DNA of 64,000 nt from Owenia fusiformis (GCA_903813345.2 CAIIXF020000001.1:8804001-8868000), one strand, 5' to 3'. Counted from the first letter of the stretch, positions 49,887-63,104 are shown. The notes: generated by a model not told the origin, from the letters alone. Made by a program: numbers and translations.

Positions 49887-52059
49887 GTTGTTTCATGTTT
49901 GGAAATATTGAAAATCCTGTGAAAAAACAAAAACAAAACAAAATATAAGATCATATTTAATGTTCTTCCAATCTAAATTTATCATCTTTAGCTTACCTGA
50001 TGAGTTAGAACGTTCACTAATGTTGATAACTTGTTATTGTTGTGGCTAATCATATCAATACTCATGGGATTGTAACTAAATTTGCAGAAAACAAACCAAA
50101 ACAATTTTCACCACTATATGCTCTGTGATCTGATTGGTCATTTGTAAAGACAGCGACCTCTTTTGAGCATTTCTCCTGAGGATGAATATTTTATATCACG
50201 AGATACAGTATCATAGTCCATAGTCACGAAATACAACATGAAAATTCAATAGTCAGTAGACTCAGTCGATACCCATCGAGCTCTCTCTCCATCTTTCGCT
50301 GTAGGCCACAACATAGTAATATGTGGCTGGAACAGAAAAATATTCATTGGTAAATGGTTTCAGTAGCAACAACATATACAGTTTTGAGGAATTACCCTGA
50401 CGGGAAGAAGTGCTTATCGCATCCTACGACCCCAGTAGTAAGCGACGATGGCAATTACTGAAATTTTTACATGTAGATAAGTTCAGCATGGATGAAATTC
50501 GCCAAAGTAAAGCTGTATGGTATGAAGATGCGAAAAGATTTTCATTCCTATATCCATGTTTTCTTTTATTAATAAACTTTATTCATTAAATTAAAACATT
50601 AATATACTTTAAATGGTACTCACAAGTATACAGAACTTATTGGTTATAGATTTTACTTTTCTTAGTTTCCAAAGGATTGGTATCGATATGGTGAACTTTT
50701 TGAACACCGTTTCTCTAAACCAGTCATCAAAAAATACTAAAAATTTACACATCATCAATTAAATGGTCATCTTTTGAATGGTAACAATATCTCTCAATAT
50801 TGTAATATTGCAAAGGAAATTTTGGTTGATTTTAAAAAAGTATCTTGTTAATGAAATAAAAGGTTTATGTTAATTTTTATCTACATATATCCAGTCTCCG
50901 AGCCTTTCGTCCAGTGCCATCCGTACCTCCTGTGCCTTAGTAGTGAAGGTACGCAACGAACGAAATGAATTTTGAGAATGACATATATCTTGAGGGGTTT
51001 TGTTTTAATTTTTTGAATACTTTTTGTTAAATCAACCAAAATTTCATTTGTATAACTATACTATTGAGAGGTCTAAGAAAATGTTTTATATGCTATTTCG
51101 TTCCAACAAGGTTTGGAAAGACATTTTATTTCATTCTCAAGAACTGGTAGAGAGGAACAAAAAACTTACTCGAGTCTCTAGCTTACAGCTAGACGAAACT
51201 TCATTGATTTCGTATGTACTGTGCTACACGCACCTACACGCACCTAGAACTCATTTTTAATAAATTTTATAAATATTTTTAAGAATATTAATCATATTTA
51301 GGATGAAGCGTTGCTTGTCTGGATTTAGATATTTCAAAATTTCATTTCGGAGTTTGACACATGGTGAAATTTTCTCGCTGTAGCTAAAAATGGCTTCCGG
51401 TTCTGGACGTGAATAACATTTGAAATTATTCTCGCTTAAAGAAATCAAATATAACAATAGATTCAGACGGGGATGTGAGCTGATGTTCTTCAAATCTATA
51501 CATAAAGGTATATTTCATATTATTATGCCATATTTACTGTGCGTGTGACACAATGATTTACAATATTTATAATACTAAGGCAGCTCAATCTTCCTCCTCA
51601 AAGCCGGAATATAGAGAAGGCTTTGGACCGAAGTAACAAAAAACAATTGCACTAAAAAACAAAAAATGTTTGCATTAAATTGTTGTCAATCAGTCAACAT
51701 TACATAAAGGACCCTGTTTTTTACAGAATGTTTTCAATAATTGGTTTAAGAGAAAAACATTGTTGAATTCGGTTTCAAACCCAGAGACATATAAACCTAT
51801 CATGTCTCTGGTTAAACCATGGGCTCCCCCCCCCCCCCCATGGTTAAACACAAGTTGGTTTCTTTGGCATCTTGACACTGGTGTCAAATCTCATGTTATT
51901 AATTTGTTATATTTTTCATAACACGATAATATACACACTAACACTGTGACTAAGATGAGGAAATGTCTATTCTTCATCGTGGAAATACAGGATGGGTTTA
52001 TAACATCCCACTCATGATCTGAGGTGAATTGTTTACACCCTATTTACTTTCACTTTCGG

Positions 52060-52360
52060 TTACGCCCCCTTTTGTGTAAAACTTATTTTCGTATGTCGAT
52101 AAATCAAACAAATGCCTAATAAATGGAAATTAATAAATACAAAAATGATATATACGACACCTTCAAATATTTTAGATAAGATGAGATAAACTTTGATGCA
52201 ATGAATAATCTGATTTAGTCCAACTACCTATTATGTTCTTGCATACGAAACAATTTCATTTGTAGCTCTACCTATACCGGCCAATCAAACATAACCACTT
52301 TGACCTACTTTCTATTCACGTGTGTACTCAATTAGATAAAAACCCGGTTTGTTTGGAATC
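52060..52360 (+). promoter_or_regulatory. Putative PYCR proximal promoter
   Basis: GC-box-like TTACGCCCCC (~52060), CCAAT box (52281-85) and E-box CACGTG (52317-22) just upstream of the ATG. Confidence 0.45.
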
Positions 52361-52469
52361 ATGGCCAGTAGTAGTAAAAAGCGATGTGTCGTACCAGAGA
52401 ACATGTCTGTTGGATTCATAGGAGCAGGAAGAATGGCTCAGGCCATGAGCAGAGGGTTCATAGAGTCTG
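52361..52469 (+). CDS. PYCR: Pyrroline-5-carboxylate reductase, coding exon 1
   Basis: MASSSKKRCVVPENMSVGFIGAGRMAQAMSRGFIESG with Rossmann motif GxGxxA. GT donor at 52470, phase 1. Confidence 0.93.
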
Positions 52470-52917
52470 GTAACTAGATTTTAGAGCTTATTCTTCTTTT
52501 TAAATTAATTTTCTCTTTCTGATTTGTTGTTTTGATACACAGAAAGTAAGTATTCTGTGCTTATTGAGTCGAGGCTTGCTCTATTTATTTTTCCTTCTAG
52601 ACGAATTCCTTTGGTTTTGATAGTGATAGAAAATGGTAATCTTTACCTATTTCAAAGGCTAGACTGATCTGATTATTCAGCCTTTGCTCCCCAAATGTTA
52701 TCCGCCTAGTAATCTTAGGCTACACACAGAAAACTTTCAGGTGCTATGCAATCGAGACTGCTATTTTTATCGATCAAGGTGGAAATTTTATCTGAAAATG
52801 AAATGGCGGTTTTACAGTTTTAGGTCGCGAAATTTGTCTTCTAAATCCCCGGGGATTTGACCCGGGACTTTTGATATGTTTCGTTCGGCGTAAACAATAA
52901 TTCAAAAAGGGCCTAAA

Positions 52918-53227
52918 ATGTCTAATATTTTGAATTGGCTTATTAGGCCAACAAAGGCAAGAAGTGTTGACGATTATGATATCCTACAAATTGAAGTTGA
53001 AAAAGCCATACAAGAATATTCAAATAAATGCCCTAAACGTGGGAAATACAAACATTATTCGGATTCTGAACGGGCTAAAATAGCCAGATACGCATTAATT
53101 CACGGTAATCAGAAGGCGTCAATACAACTTGTGTAATCCGCCAAATGTCATCAACTCAAATCTGCGAAATTGCAATTTTGAAAAATCGCGAACTTTTATA
53201 GCGTCGAAATTTACCAGGAGTACAGTA
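52918..53227 (+). mobile_element. pogo/Tigger-like transposase N-terminal relic in PYCR intron 1
   Basis: RGKYKHYSDSERAKIARYALIHGNQKAS resembles the N-terminal HTH of pogo-type transposases. The segment ends in a ...TACAGTA terminus. Confidence 0.55.
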
Positions 53228-55123
53228 TTCTAAAAAGGAGAAAATTCAGTGACCTACAGTTTTTGTACTTTCTAAAAGTAGGTCATCAAATTTCCTAAAC
53301 TTTCATACAGTAGAAAGTTGTTAAAAATGATTTACCCTCAACTTATAATCTAAGTATATCATGTATTCATTGTGGAAAACTGATACAATGTATGAAATGG
53401 GTTGTGTAAAAAATAACATGGGACTCCCAATTAGAAACCTATTAATTTATGAACATACAGTTTTACGTTATGGCTTCTTATTTGTAGTCCTATTTTATTT
53501 TCAGTTACACTAACTCAATACATATATGGTCTACATCTCTCCGTTTACCTATATTATTAGGCGAGCAATAAATATCCAAGATATTTAAAAAGAAAATTTA
53601 TATTAACCTGTAATTTTTGTACAAAGTAGGTCATTGAATATTCTTAGTTTTCTTATTAAATTATTTACCCTAAACTATTACTCTACTTCCTTAACTAATA
53701 ATATAGGTACATTTCTTTACTTGTGCAAAACTGAAAGATGCAGACTATGTATTGAATGATATGTCCTTTAAAGTAACATGGAACTCTCATTATGAAGCCA
53801 ATAATGCTTCTGAACACACAGAACTACCTTAAACTGAATAGACTTGGTATCATTCTCATAAGGACAAAGAATAATTTGTGTTTTCCTTGAAATAAATCTT
53901 AAAAATCTCAAAGAGGTATGGTCTCCATGTTGAATAATTTGTCCTATTAAGATTTCAAGATTTCTGTTGTGACATGTTGATAGTTTTTCATATGTCATCT
54001 CGACTGAATTATTCATATGATTGGCCAATTCAGCCTCCTCCCCTCCCCTGATAAAGTAGGTCACCTTGTTCCTTCTATTTATTGTATTGAATCCTCAAAA
54101 AGAGAAAGGGCTTTGATAAAATAGCAATTTTTGTTATTTCATACAATCAGTTGAATTAGCTGTAGTCTACTGGCTGTTCAACTTATTAATAAAAAATCAA
54201 TGTTAAGTATCTACATGTATCTGAAAGAATATTTTAATTTTAATAAAATGTTAGATCCCATTCAACCTACAAGCTGACACATTTTCATCATCCTTTCAGT
54301 AGTAGGAGTTTCCTCAGGTCAATTGGTGCAGATGTTGTTATGACGGAAATGTGTTTTACGTCTGTGGCTGATGCAATATTTCATAAACCACAACTCGTCT
54401 TGCTTTATTTGTTGTAAATGATCTATGGCAAATATGATATACCCTTTGTTGCATTTGAATAGGATGAAAACGTCACGTTTATTGTCAATTGATGTGTTTT
54501 TTATGAACCTGTTTTTAGCTAAAAATGTAAAATTGCCTATGAAGTATGTGTTTTTTGTATTCCATTGACAGGAGAAGCAAGGGATGCTAATACTATCAAT
54601 TTCTACCACCTTTATTCAGATCAGTATAACGTGTCGACACCTTCGTCTCCTCGAGCTTTGACTTTCCAGAGTACCCAACTTGTCATGATAAACAACATAA
54701 AACAAAACTTGCATTCAATAAAACTTATCTGCAATGAACAGCTTTAGAATGTATTTGTGTGAAGGTCGACCACAAATTTTTTACTGGTCTTAATATCAGC
54801 TTCCAGGTATGACATTTTTTACAGTGACTGTCACGTAGATTCCAGGTATTTTTAAGTCAGAATAATAGGCAAAAAATAATATATTTATGAATCAGTCATA
54901 TTAATACTGAATATTGCCCAGAAAATGTCATTATGTATTTGAGTCCTGTACAGTATTTATAAACTGTCCAAAAAATTATATTTGATGTTTGACAAAATTT
55001 TCCTGAAATGAGCGAATTAGCATCTATCCTCACTTCTGAGCTGCAAGGCTATTATTTATTTGAACTGTCTAATCAGAATGTCGCTGGGACCAGCTAAATC
55101 TGTTTGCATTGGGAGTTGTGTAG

Positions 55124-55765
55124 ATAGAGGTTATTTAATGGGAGGGATGGAATATGGATTTTATTCCGAGGGAAAATATGATATTGGCCAAGGAAAATAT
55201 CATACTGACCGAGGGCGATAGCCCGAGTGTCAATATGATATTTTCTGAGGCCAATATCATATTTTCTCAAGGAATAAATCCATATTCCATCACGACCATC
55301 AATAACCTATTTATTTCATAATATTTTTTTTCAATTTTTGTATGTCATCATCCAATGATTGTGACATAAAATTATACAATTTATCATATAACATTTTCAA
55401 CTTTTATTATCAAGTTTTACTTAAAAATATAAATAATTTATAACAATAAAATGGCTCATAATATGGCAAAATAAACACAATATCCTTTGTCACAGTAATA
55501 GACGTAAACTAGATGATAATAATTTCAATAATTTCAATTTTCCAAACGATTTTTTTACTTCCTGTAGAGATGTGCTAGACGAAAAGCGTAAAACTCAAGA
55601 GAAATTACCGGGAATATTTCTGATACGGGATCTGATACGGGATTTTTGCTGATACGGGATCTGATACGGGATTTTGGCTGATACGGGATCTGATACGGGA
55701 TTTTTCAAATAACACTTTTATTCCCTGTTATTTTCCCAGGGAAAACATGTTATTATGGAATAAAT
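55124..55765 (+). mobile_element. Hairpin-type non-autonomous DNA element
   Basis: ~185-bp palindrome centred on CCGAGGGCGATAGCCCGAG, inverted pair TTATTTCATAATA / TATTATGGAATAA, and an internal CTGATACGGGAT x6 array (55620-55702). Confidence 0.7.
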
Positions 55766-55990
55766 TATTTGTATTTACTTGATCGTTCAGATTAACTGTA
55801 CCATATTATATCAGGGTACCTCATTTGAGAATGTCACATTGGGAACATATTTTGAGCACTATGCTACTGCATGACAGGATCCAAATTCCAAAAATTAAAC
55901 TTTGTTCCATCTACTTATTTAGCTTGGACTTCAGCCTTGTACCTTTCAGTGCATGTTTTTCAAACTTGAAAATGACATCATTCAATTACT

Positions 55991-56376
55991 CAGATGCGAG
56001 TAGGTAGTCACCAGTTTCGCCACCAGGCGGCTGATTCGGGGGAATTAACATGGCAGGGTATTAGAAATTTCCCTTAAACTTGAATATGCATTAGTTTTAG
56101 TGGTTCGCTTTTCATATTGCCTTTATGTATCTGATAGTTATACAAATTAAAATATGTCCAGTAAAAGAAAATATTATCTACCCAACACAAGAAAAGATAT
56201 TTCACTTTTTGTGGTTTTACAACATGGAGTCTATGGGCAATCTCCCCGACCTAGAAGTCATATTTTTAAAGAAAATTCAATTTTCAAAGTTGATAAACTC
56301 TTTTCAAAACCACATTTCTAAATGTAATTTTGCAATTTTTAATGACGTAAATCAAGATTATTTCTACTCGCATCTG
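55991..56376 (+). mobile_element. MITE
   Basis: TIRs CAGATGCGAGTAG / CTACTCGCATCTG; second copy at 25861-26244. Confidence 0.75.
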
Positions 56377-56851
56377 GGATATTGCATTGAAATTAGTCCA
56401 GATTATTTTAAAACTTTTCTTGCATTTACATTTTAGGCTTTTACATTAGGCATTTACATTTTAGGTACAAGCTTTTTTTAAGGGGGAGTTGTCATTATTG
56501 TTTATCCCCGGGAAATCCATTCCCGGAGGTGAGCTTTGCTTAGAAATTTTGATCGAACATTGTATACAAATTTGAGCCCTGTTTTCTCCAAAATGAGACC
56601 TAAAAATGTCCATTTTGAGGTCTGCAGTCAAAATAGGTAATGGAATTTGTTGATTATTTATCTGAACATTAGATTGGTCGGTACAGATTTTACTTTTATA
56701 AGGTACTAATTAAAGATTCTGACATTGTTTTTTTTAATAGTACATCTCTAAAAATCCCAAGAGATAAAGCACGATGAAACAGTTTATAGTGTTTTAATGT
56801 TTACAATTGCAAATATCTTATCATAAATAATATCAAATAAAACCAATAATA

Positions 56852-59145
56852 TGAGGGGTGATCAATAAGTAATGGACTTTTTTTATAGATCAATCCCTTT
56901 GATTTTCCTACCAGTGATACATTATTCAATTATCTATCAATTCTGAAGATTTGAATACAAAATATATAATACATGTTGATATATCCTTATTTCCGTGAAG
57001 GAGGTACAGGTACCCCGGGACCAACATTTACTTCGCATATTAGCCAGTTTGGCAAATTTCAGTAAGATTTCAACTTTTTATATGCAACAAGTGTTGTGTT
57101 GTTTAAAATATTCTGCTGACTGGTAACACATAAACAGAAAGCATTGTGATATTAGAGTGTTGTATGGAAGGGGTTTGCAGGTCAATTTGAGAAAGCATTG
57201 TGGAAGAAGGGGTTGGTGAGAGAAGGGAACACATATGGACAATGCACCTGCCCACAGATCTCAAAATGTTCAGAAAACAATATCCCTGGACCTCAAAATT
57301 GAGCCCTTGGCCAATGCACCATATTATCCAGATCTGCTCACGTGTGACTTATTTATTTCTATACTACTTATTATCCCATCGAACAAAGTTCGGAGGGATA
57401 TAGGGAACGCCTCCGTCCGTCCATGCCTACGTCCGTCCGGCCAATAACTCAAATACCGTTGGCCCGATTTTGTTCATATTTTGTACACATATACCCTATG
57501 GGAGTAGAAGTTCTGCTAAAAAGCCGATTTTCAAAATGGCCGCTCATTTAAAAATGGCGGCCATTTTAGTGCTGATTTTACAGTAATTTAGGTGCATTAT
57601 GTAAAACTGTGATAGTATTATGTTTTAAGTTTAAAAAAATTATATAGGACATTGATAAACCTAGAAATGTAGAAATTAAAATAGCACATGGCAGCAATCT
57701 TGAAAAATGGCAGCCTTTACTCGTTATTTTACGATTTTTGCTGTAACTCAAGAAGTATTGGAGCGATTTTGTTCATATTTGGTATGTGAATACTATAAGC
57801 ATGGCTCACTGTCTAATGACACTTTTGGTAGGAGGCCATTTTGAAAATTTGCCACCATTTTGAAAAGTGGTCGCCATTTTAACATATTTTACTTTAACTC
57901 AAAAAGTAGTGGAGCGATTTTGTTCATATTTGGTTTGTGAATACTATAAGCATGGCACACTGTCTAATGACATTTTTGGTAGAAGGCGGCCATTTTGAAA
58001 AAATTAAATGGCAAAATCGCTCCAATACTTCTTGAGTTACAGCAAAAAATCGTAAAATGACGAGTAAAGGCCACCATTTTTCAAGATTGCTGCCATGCAT
58101 ATTAAAGTATTTTACTGTAACTCGAAAAAAGTAGTGGAGCGATTTTGTTCATATTTGCCATGTGAATACTATAAAAAAAAGCATATTACTTCTTCTGATG
58201 ACAAAAAAATGGAATTTGAAAAATGGCCACCATTTAAACGTATTTTACTCGGCCTTTACTCGTTATTTTACGATTTTTGCTGTAACTTGAAAAGTATTGG
58301 AGCGATTTTGTTCATATTTGGTATTCGAATACTATTAGCATGGCACACTGTCTTATGACACTTTTGGTAGAAGGCGGCCATTTTGAAAAATGGCCACCAT
58401 TTTAAACTATTTTTTTTACTATAACTCGAAAAGTAGTGGAGCGATTTTGTTCATATTTGGCATGTGAATACTATAAAGCATATTACTTCTTCTGATGACA
58501 ATTTTCTTATGTGTGTTATTTTATGATATTTGCTATATGTTTTGTTTGTAAAAATGCCAGCTATTTCTGTTCGATGGGATTCGCTACGCTTTGGCGTTGC
58601 CGTTGTTCTGGTTTCTATAGAGAAAGGACGCCGGTTTATTGACATTGACGAAATAAAACAACCCGTGCAACTGCATCTTGCTACCATGTCAGAGAATGGA
58701 TTCTGCCTTGTCTCACAATCTTGAGTTAAGAGGATGAGGAATTATGTACATTTAGCACTTGATGGAACCTATGTAGAGGGCCCTGTAGAATGAATGTGGC
58801 ATGAATACCACACAGTGATGATAAAATATTCAAAATCAACTATGGCATAACAAAATGGAGTAATTCATGACCATAATGGTTTGTTTTGTTCAGCCTGCAT
58901 TCAACTACATTGCATGTTAAACACGCTAAAATAGCTTCAGAATGTTTGACGTCATGTCGGTCCCGGGGTACCTATACATCCTTCATGGAAATAAAGATAT
59001 ATTGAAATATATTACATGTTTTGTTTTCAAATCTTCAGAGTTGATAGATAATTGAATGATGTATCACTGTTAAGAAAATCGAAGGGATTGGTCTATAAAC
59101 AGCATCTGTGTAAAAAAGTGTCCATTACTTATTGATCACCCCTCG
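56852..59145 (+). mobile_element. Decayed mariner element interrupted by a HINE-like insertion
   Basis: TIRs (C/T)GAGGGGTGATCAATAAGTAATGGAC with TA TSD. Transposase relics DNAPAH...APYYPDLLTCDLF (57235-57355) and KGRRF...DGTYVE (~58620-58780). Confidence 0.88.
57368..58607 (+). mobile_element. Helentron-associated (HINE-like) element with internal tandem repeats
   Basis: Subterminal inverted repeat ATCCCATCGAA / TTCGATGGGAT, 3' stem-loop GCTACGCTTTGGCGTTGC, CGTC microsatellite remnant, and repeated GGAGCGATTTTGTTCATATTT / AAAATGGCGGCCATTTT units including one inverted block (~58010-58097). Confidence 0.8.
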
Positions 59146-59587
59146 TAGTAAAAGGATTATTATGCAAAGTGCAGGCTCCAAAGTGCTGATTCCAAAGTAC
59201 TATGATTCCAAAGTACAGTATTAGATTAAAGTAGTTGGACTTTACTTGCATATGTAGGTTAATGTCATCAAAACTTGTTTTATACCTAGATATTGCCCTT
59301 TGTTCTGTAAGTCCCTAACTTTAGGATACTGTAATCAAGACATGACCTGAAAAAGTCTCCGTGTCCTCTTGAACAAGATAATGGATAAATGATAAAATTT
59401 AAAATGGGTGCCTAGATGACATAGACAAAGTGACTTTATTTGACGCCAACATAATTAATTTTCTTAATGGTGCCTGGTGGATAGAAAGTATTATTGGCCA
59501 GGAATTCAGTATGGCATAATTCAAAGCAATATAGAAATGTCCCACCCCATGTATTGAGTATTTAGAGAAATGAAATTTTTATATATA

Positions 59588-60149
59588 CAGGGTGGTAAAA
59601 AAAACTGGAAATCCTTACACCAATTTCCTAATATCTTTGTCATTTTAAGAAATAACTTTGCACATTTGTACATCACTCAATTTCTCCACTGCCTACCTTA
59701 TTTCATGACCATCAGATTGATAGTCACAGTGTTGCAGCACTTTAAAGAACATTCCTGGTGGCCACTATCTTGCGCTGTAGACCAACCTGCACATGTTGTC
59801 CAAAATGTCCCTACCTATGGGGATATGGCAGAGATAGAGTGTATAAGGATGACCTCAGGACAATTGTAGACCTCAAAAGTGAGATCATTTGTATCATTCA
59901 GGCCATTCCTACTGAGGAATGCATTCGGATCATTAACAACTGTGCAGGTTTGTCTACAGCGCGATGATGGCCAAACCTGAAGAATGTTGTTCAAAGTGCT
60001 ATAAAATTGTGACTATCAGTCTGATGGTCATGAAAATGGTAGGGTTGTAGGAAAATTAATGGTTTACAAATGTGTGAAATATCAGGGAGTAGTTTCTTAA
60101 AATGACAAAGATATGAGGAAAAGGCAGGGTTTCCATTTTTACCACCCTG
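59588..60149 (+). mobile_element. Tc1/mariner deletion derivative
   Basis: TIRs CAGGGTGGTAAAAA / TTTTTACCACCCTG with TA TSD. Relic YLWGYGRDRVYKDDLRTIVDLKSEI. Confidence 0.8.
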
Positions 60150-60297
60150 TATTATATCCAAATAAATGATATATGTAACTACTTTATGTTTCTTTCATAG
60201 CTGGGCATTTTCATCAAATAAAAACAGTTTTTATGTCACCTCCAAAAAAACATAAAAATTTAATCACTGCCTAATGTTCTTATGTTTGTGTTTGCAG

Positions 60298-60362
60298 GAA
60301 TGATACGTGCCAACAACATAGTTGCTAGTGACCCTGATGCCAGTATGCTAGGGTTTATACAG
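60298..60362 (+). CDS. PYCR: Pyrroline-5-carboxylate reductase, coding exon 2
   Basis: tttgcag|...MIRANNIVASDPDASMLGFIQ|gtaatt; frame consistent with exon 1. Confidence 0.9.
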
Positions 60363-60595
60363 GTAATTGAGCCATGATAAATAAATATTTAAAACTTTAA
60401 AAATAATCAATCAAAAGTCTAGGTACCTAACTTTTTTTCATAACAATGATTGTTTGTGGTTTGGCTAGCAAATGTGTGACATCTTGTTATTTGATGCTTT
60501 CCTGCCATGTTATTTTTGAAGCATGGCCTCACATTTTCCCAAGTTCCAAGAAGCCACATCTTTACTGCACATGAAACTCATTAAAATATACAAAG

Positions 60596-61142
60596 GAGGA
60601 GGGAAAGTATCGCAACAGATTTCGGACAGTGCATATGTTAGGCCAATGCATTATCTCCAGGAAGAGCACTCATAGAGACTTCGACTTTGGAACAGGGAAG
60701 ATGCAAACAACCTACACACATGTTTTTTAAACCCTTTAAAGGAATAAGTGATTCCTTGTTTTTTTCAAAGATATCCATTATGGGTGACCAAAATTAGCTG
60801 AAATCAATGGATCGCACAAGTTTTTCTAATGGGAAAATAACATGGGAAATATTGTTTTCCACTTTATCGAAGAGGAATTACTTAATATTCCTTAAAGGGG
60901 TCTAACTGTGTCTTAAAATGCAACATATTGATGCAACAAAAATTGAAAAAGCAGGGATGGAAGGGGTTGAAAATCAGGACAACATTTCAGACAAAACATG
61001 TGAGTAGGTTGTTTGCATCTCACTTGTTTCAAAATCTGGAGATAATGCATTGGCCTAACAGATCCACCTGTTTAAATCCTCAGAAAATAGCCAAAATCCA
61101 ACATATGACTTTCCAAAATCTGTTGCGATACTTTCCCTCCTC
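60596..61142. mobile_element. MITE in PYCR intron 2 (GAG..CTC ends)
   Basis: TIRs GAGGAGGGAAAGTATCGCAACAGATTT / AAATCTGTTGCGATACTTTCCCTCCTC, with further internal inverted blocks. Confidence 0.75.
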
Positions 61143-61524
61143 TCAAAAGTTAGTTATCTAAAATGTGATTGTTTGAAAAAGTGCTATATTGTCATTGTCT
61201 TGTGCTTGGTGTGAACTTTTTACAGATACAAGGGCAGACTAACGCCAAGATCTGTTATGGTTTTCTTTGGGCATGCTTGGTAAATTGCACGGGGCCATTT
61301 AGCTCTTCAGAGTGTGATATTTATCATTTTGGGTCTTGTTCCATATAATATTGCACTGTGATCCTCTGAGTGTTAATTTTTTTTAGGTGTGATTAACTCA
61401 CAAAAAACTCTAAAATACTAGAAAATATCTCAAGCCCATGTAATTTTTTGTTCTTTCACTACATTTTCCTTATTTTGGATCAAAACTTGATTATAAATGA
61501 CCAACCATATGTCTATGTTTTCAG

Positions 61525-61704
61525 AAACTTGGTGTAAATACAACAGAAGACAACAAAGAAGTTGTTGCTAAAAGTGATCTCATCTGCATTGCAGTCAAAC
61601 CAAATAACGTCTCCAAAGTCCTAGAGGAGGTGGCGCCGGTAGTCACCACCAAGAACATATTTCTCAGTATAGCTGCTGGGATAAAAATTGGGATGATAGA
61701 AAAA
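61525..61704 (+). CDS. PYCR: Pyrroline-5-carboxylate reductase, coding exon 3
   Basis: KLGVNTTEDNKEVVAKSDLICIAVKPNNVSKVLEEVAPVVTTKNIFLSIAAGIKIGMIEK; AG/GT bounded, 180 nt. Confidence 0.95.
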
Positions 61705-62072
61705 GTATGTTGAACTTTTTATGTTTTCTTTGTGCTCATGTTTGATTTTCTTGTGTGTGCTTTATTTTGTAATGAGAATGGAATGATTTAGTTCTCTGAT
61801 TTGTGAATGAATAAATGCACTACAATTCACTGAATCCTCTTGTGCTAAAATTCTTTTCACACATAGCAAACTATTTTGAACAATATTATATTATAAAAAG
61901 ATGTGAAATTCTACCAGAAACTTTTTTGCGTGGATAAATATTGCTAGACTGTTTTGATAAGTCAGAAAGTGATATAGAATCTTTAGCTATGTAGGAATAT
62001 TATTTATTCAAAGTCTAATCAAGACTCAGTTCTTAATGTTCTACTGTATTGTATTTGTAATGTTAATTTCAG

Positions 62073-62214
62073 CTTTTACCAGAGAAGACACGAGTGATTC
62101 GTGTAATGCCAAACACACCAGCTTTGGTCCAGTCAGCTGCCTCTGTATTTGCCATGGGATCTTATGCACAGAATGGTGATGGTGATCTTGTTGCGGAACT
62201 ACTCAGTAGTATTG
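62073..62214 (+). CDS. PYCR: Pyrroline-5-carboxylate reductase, coding exon 4
   Basis: LLPEKTRVIRVMPNTPALVQSAASVFAMGSYAQNGDGDLVAELLSSIG, containing the conserved RxMPNTP motif. Confidence 0.95.
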
Positions 62215-62231
62215 GTAAGTGCCATCATTGC

Positions 62232-62400
62232 ACAGTAAAACCTGTCTTAGTGAACACCTCTCTCAAGTGAACACCTGTCTTTAGTGGACACCCTTCATCG
62301 ACACATACTCTACAGATTTTCATTTCTCTGTAGAGAACACCTACCAACAATGAACATTTTTTCTTCAAAATAATGTTCAATATACACATGTCTTACTGTA
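62232..62400. mobile_element. Tigger/pogo-like MITE in PYCR intron 4
   Basis: CAGTAAAACCTGT... / ...ATGTCTTACTGTA ends with repeated GTGAACACCT motifs. A similar decayed element lies at ~1057-1217. Confidence 0.55.
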
Positions 62401-62634
62401 CATGTACTTGTAAATCCCCAAATCCCTTTAACTTAAAAGCAATGATTTTATCATGAATGAGGCACCAGGAATAGGTGGGACAGTTAACTCAAACTATCAT
62501 AGCTAGCAAGATTTTTTGTTTAGATTCATAGTTTAAATCAGGATGTTGCAGTATGAGAATTATAGACAAATGGTAATATAGGCATGCAGTAGTCATCTGT
62601 TCTGATGTGACTGTATGTTCTTATGCTATTCTAG

Positions 62635-62705
62635 GTATATGTGAGGAGGGTAAAGAATCTCTACTAGATGCTGTCACAGGCCTGAGTGGCAGTGGTCCAG
62701 CATAT
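62635..62705 (+). CDS. PYCR: Pyrroline-5-carboxylate reductase, coding exon 5
   Basis: ICEEGKESLLDAVTGLSGSGPAY, containing the P5CR motif TGLSGSGPAY. Confidence 0.95.
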
Positions 62706-63011
62706 GTAAGTACGTTATAAGGCTAAAGTATTCTGAGATTCATGTAAAATCAATTAATTATCTTCCAAAGGAGCTGAACCTTTGTCAATGGCCTAAAGAC
62801 TCCACAAAAATGATGTTGTAGCAACCTGCAATTTTACAGGGTGTCTGTGGATAAAAATGCTGTTTCACATACTTTTAGTCCCAGTACATGTTCATGGGAA
62901 AAGATGAACTCAATTGATACAGAATTAACAAAGTGCCAACACCAATCTTGTTAGTTTTAGGACACTCTGTGTCTACATTTAATCATTTATACTGTATTTT
63001 GGGAATTACAG

Positions 63012-63104
63012 GCATTTGCCGCGATTGAGTCAATGGCAGATGGAGGAGTAAAAATGGGACTACCAAGAGACTTGGCACAAAAGCTTGCAGCGCAGACCAT
63101 GCTT
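63012..63104 (+). CDS. PYCR: Pyrroline-5-carboxylate reductase, coding exon 6 (gene continues beyond the window)
   Basis: AFAAIESMADGGVKMGLPRDLAQKLAAQTML|gtgagt. Confidence 0.95.
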
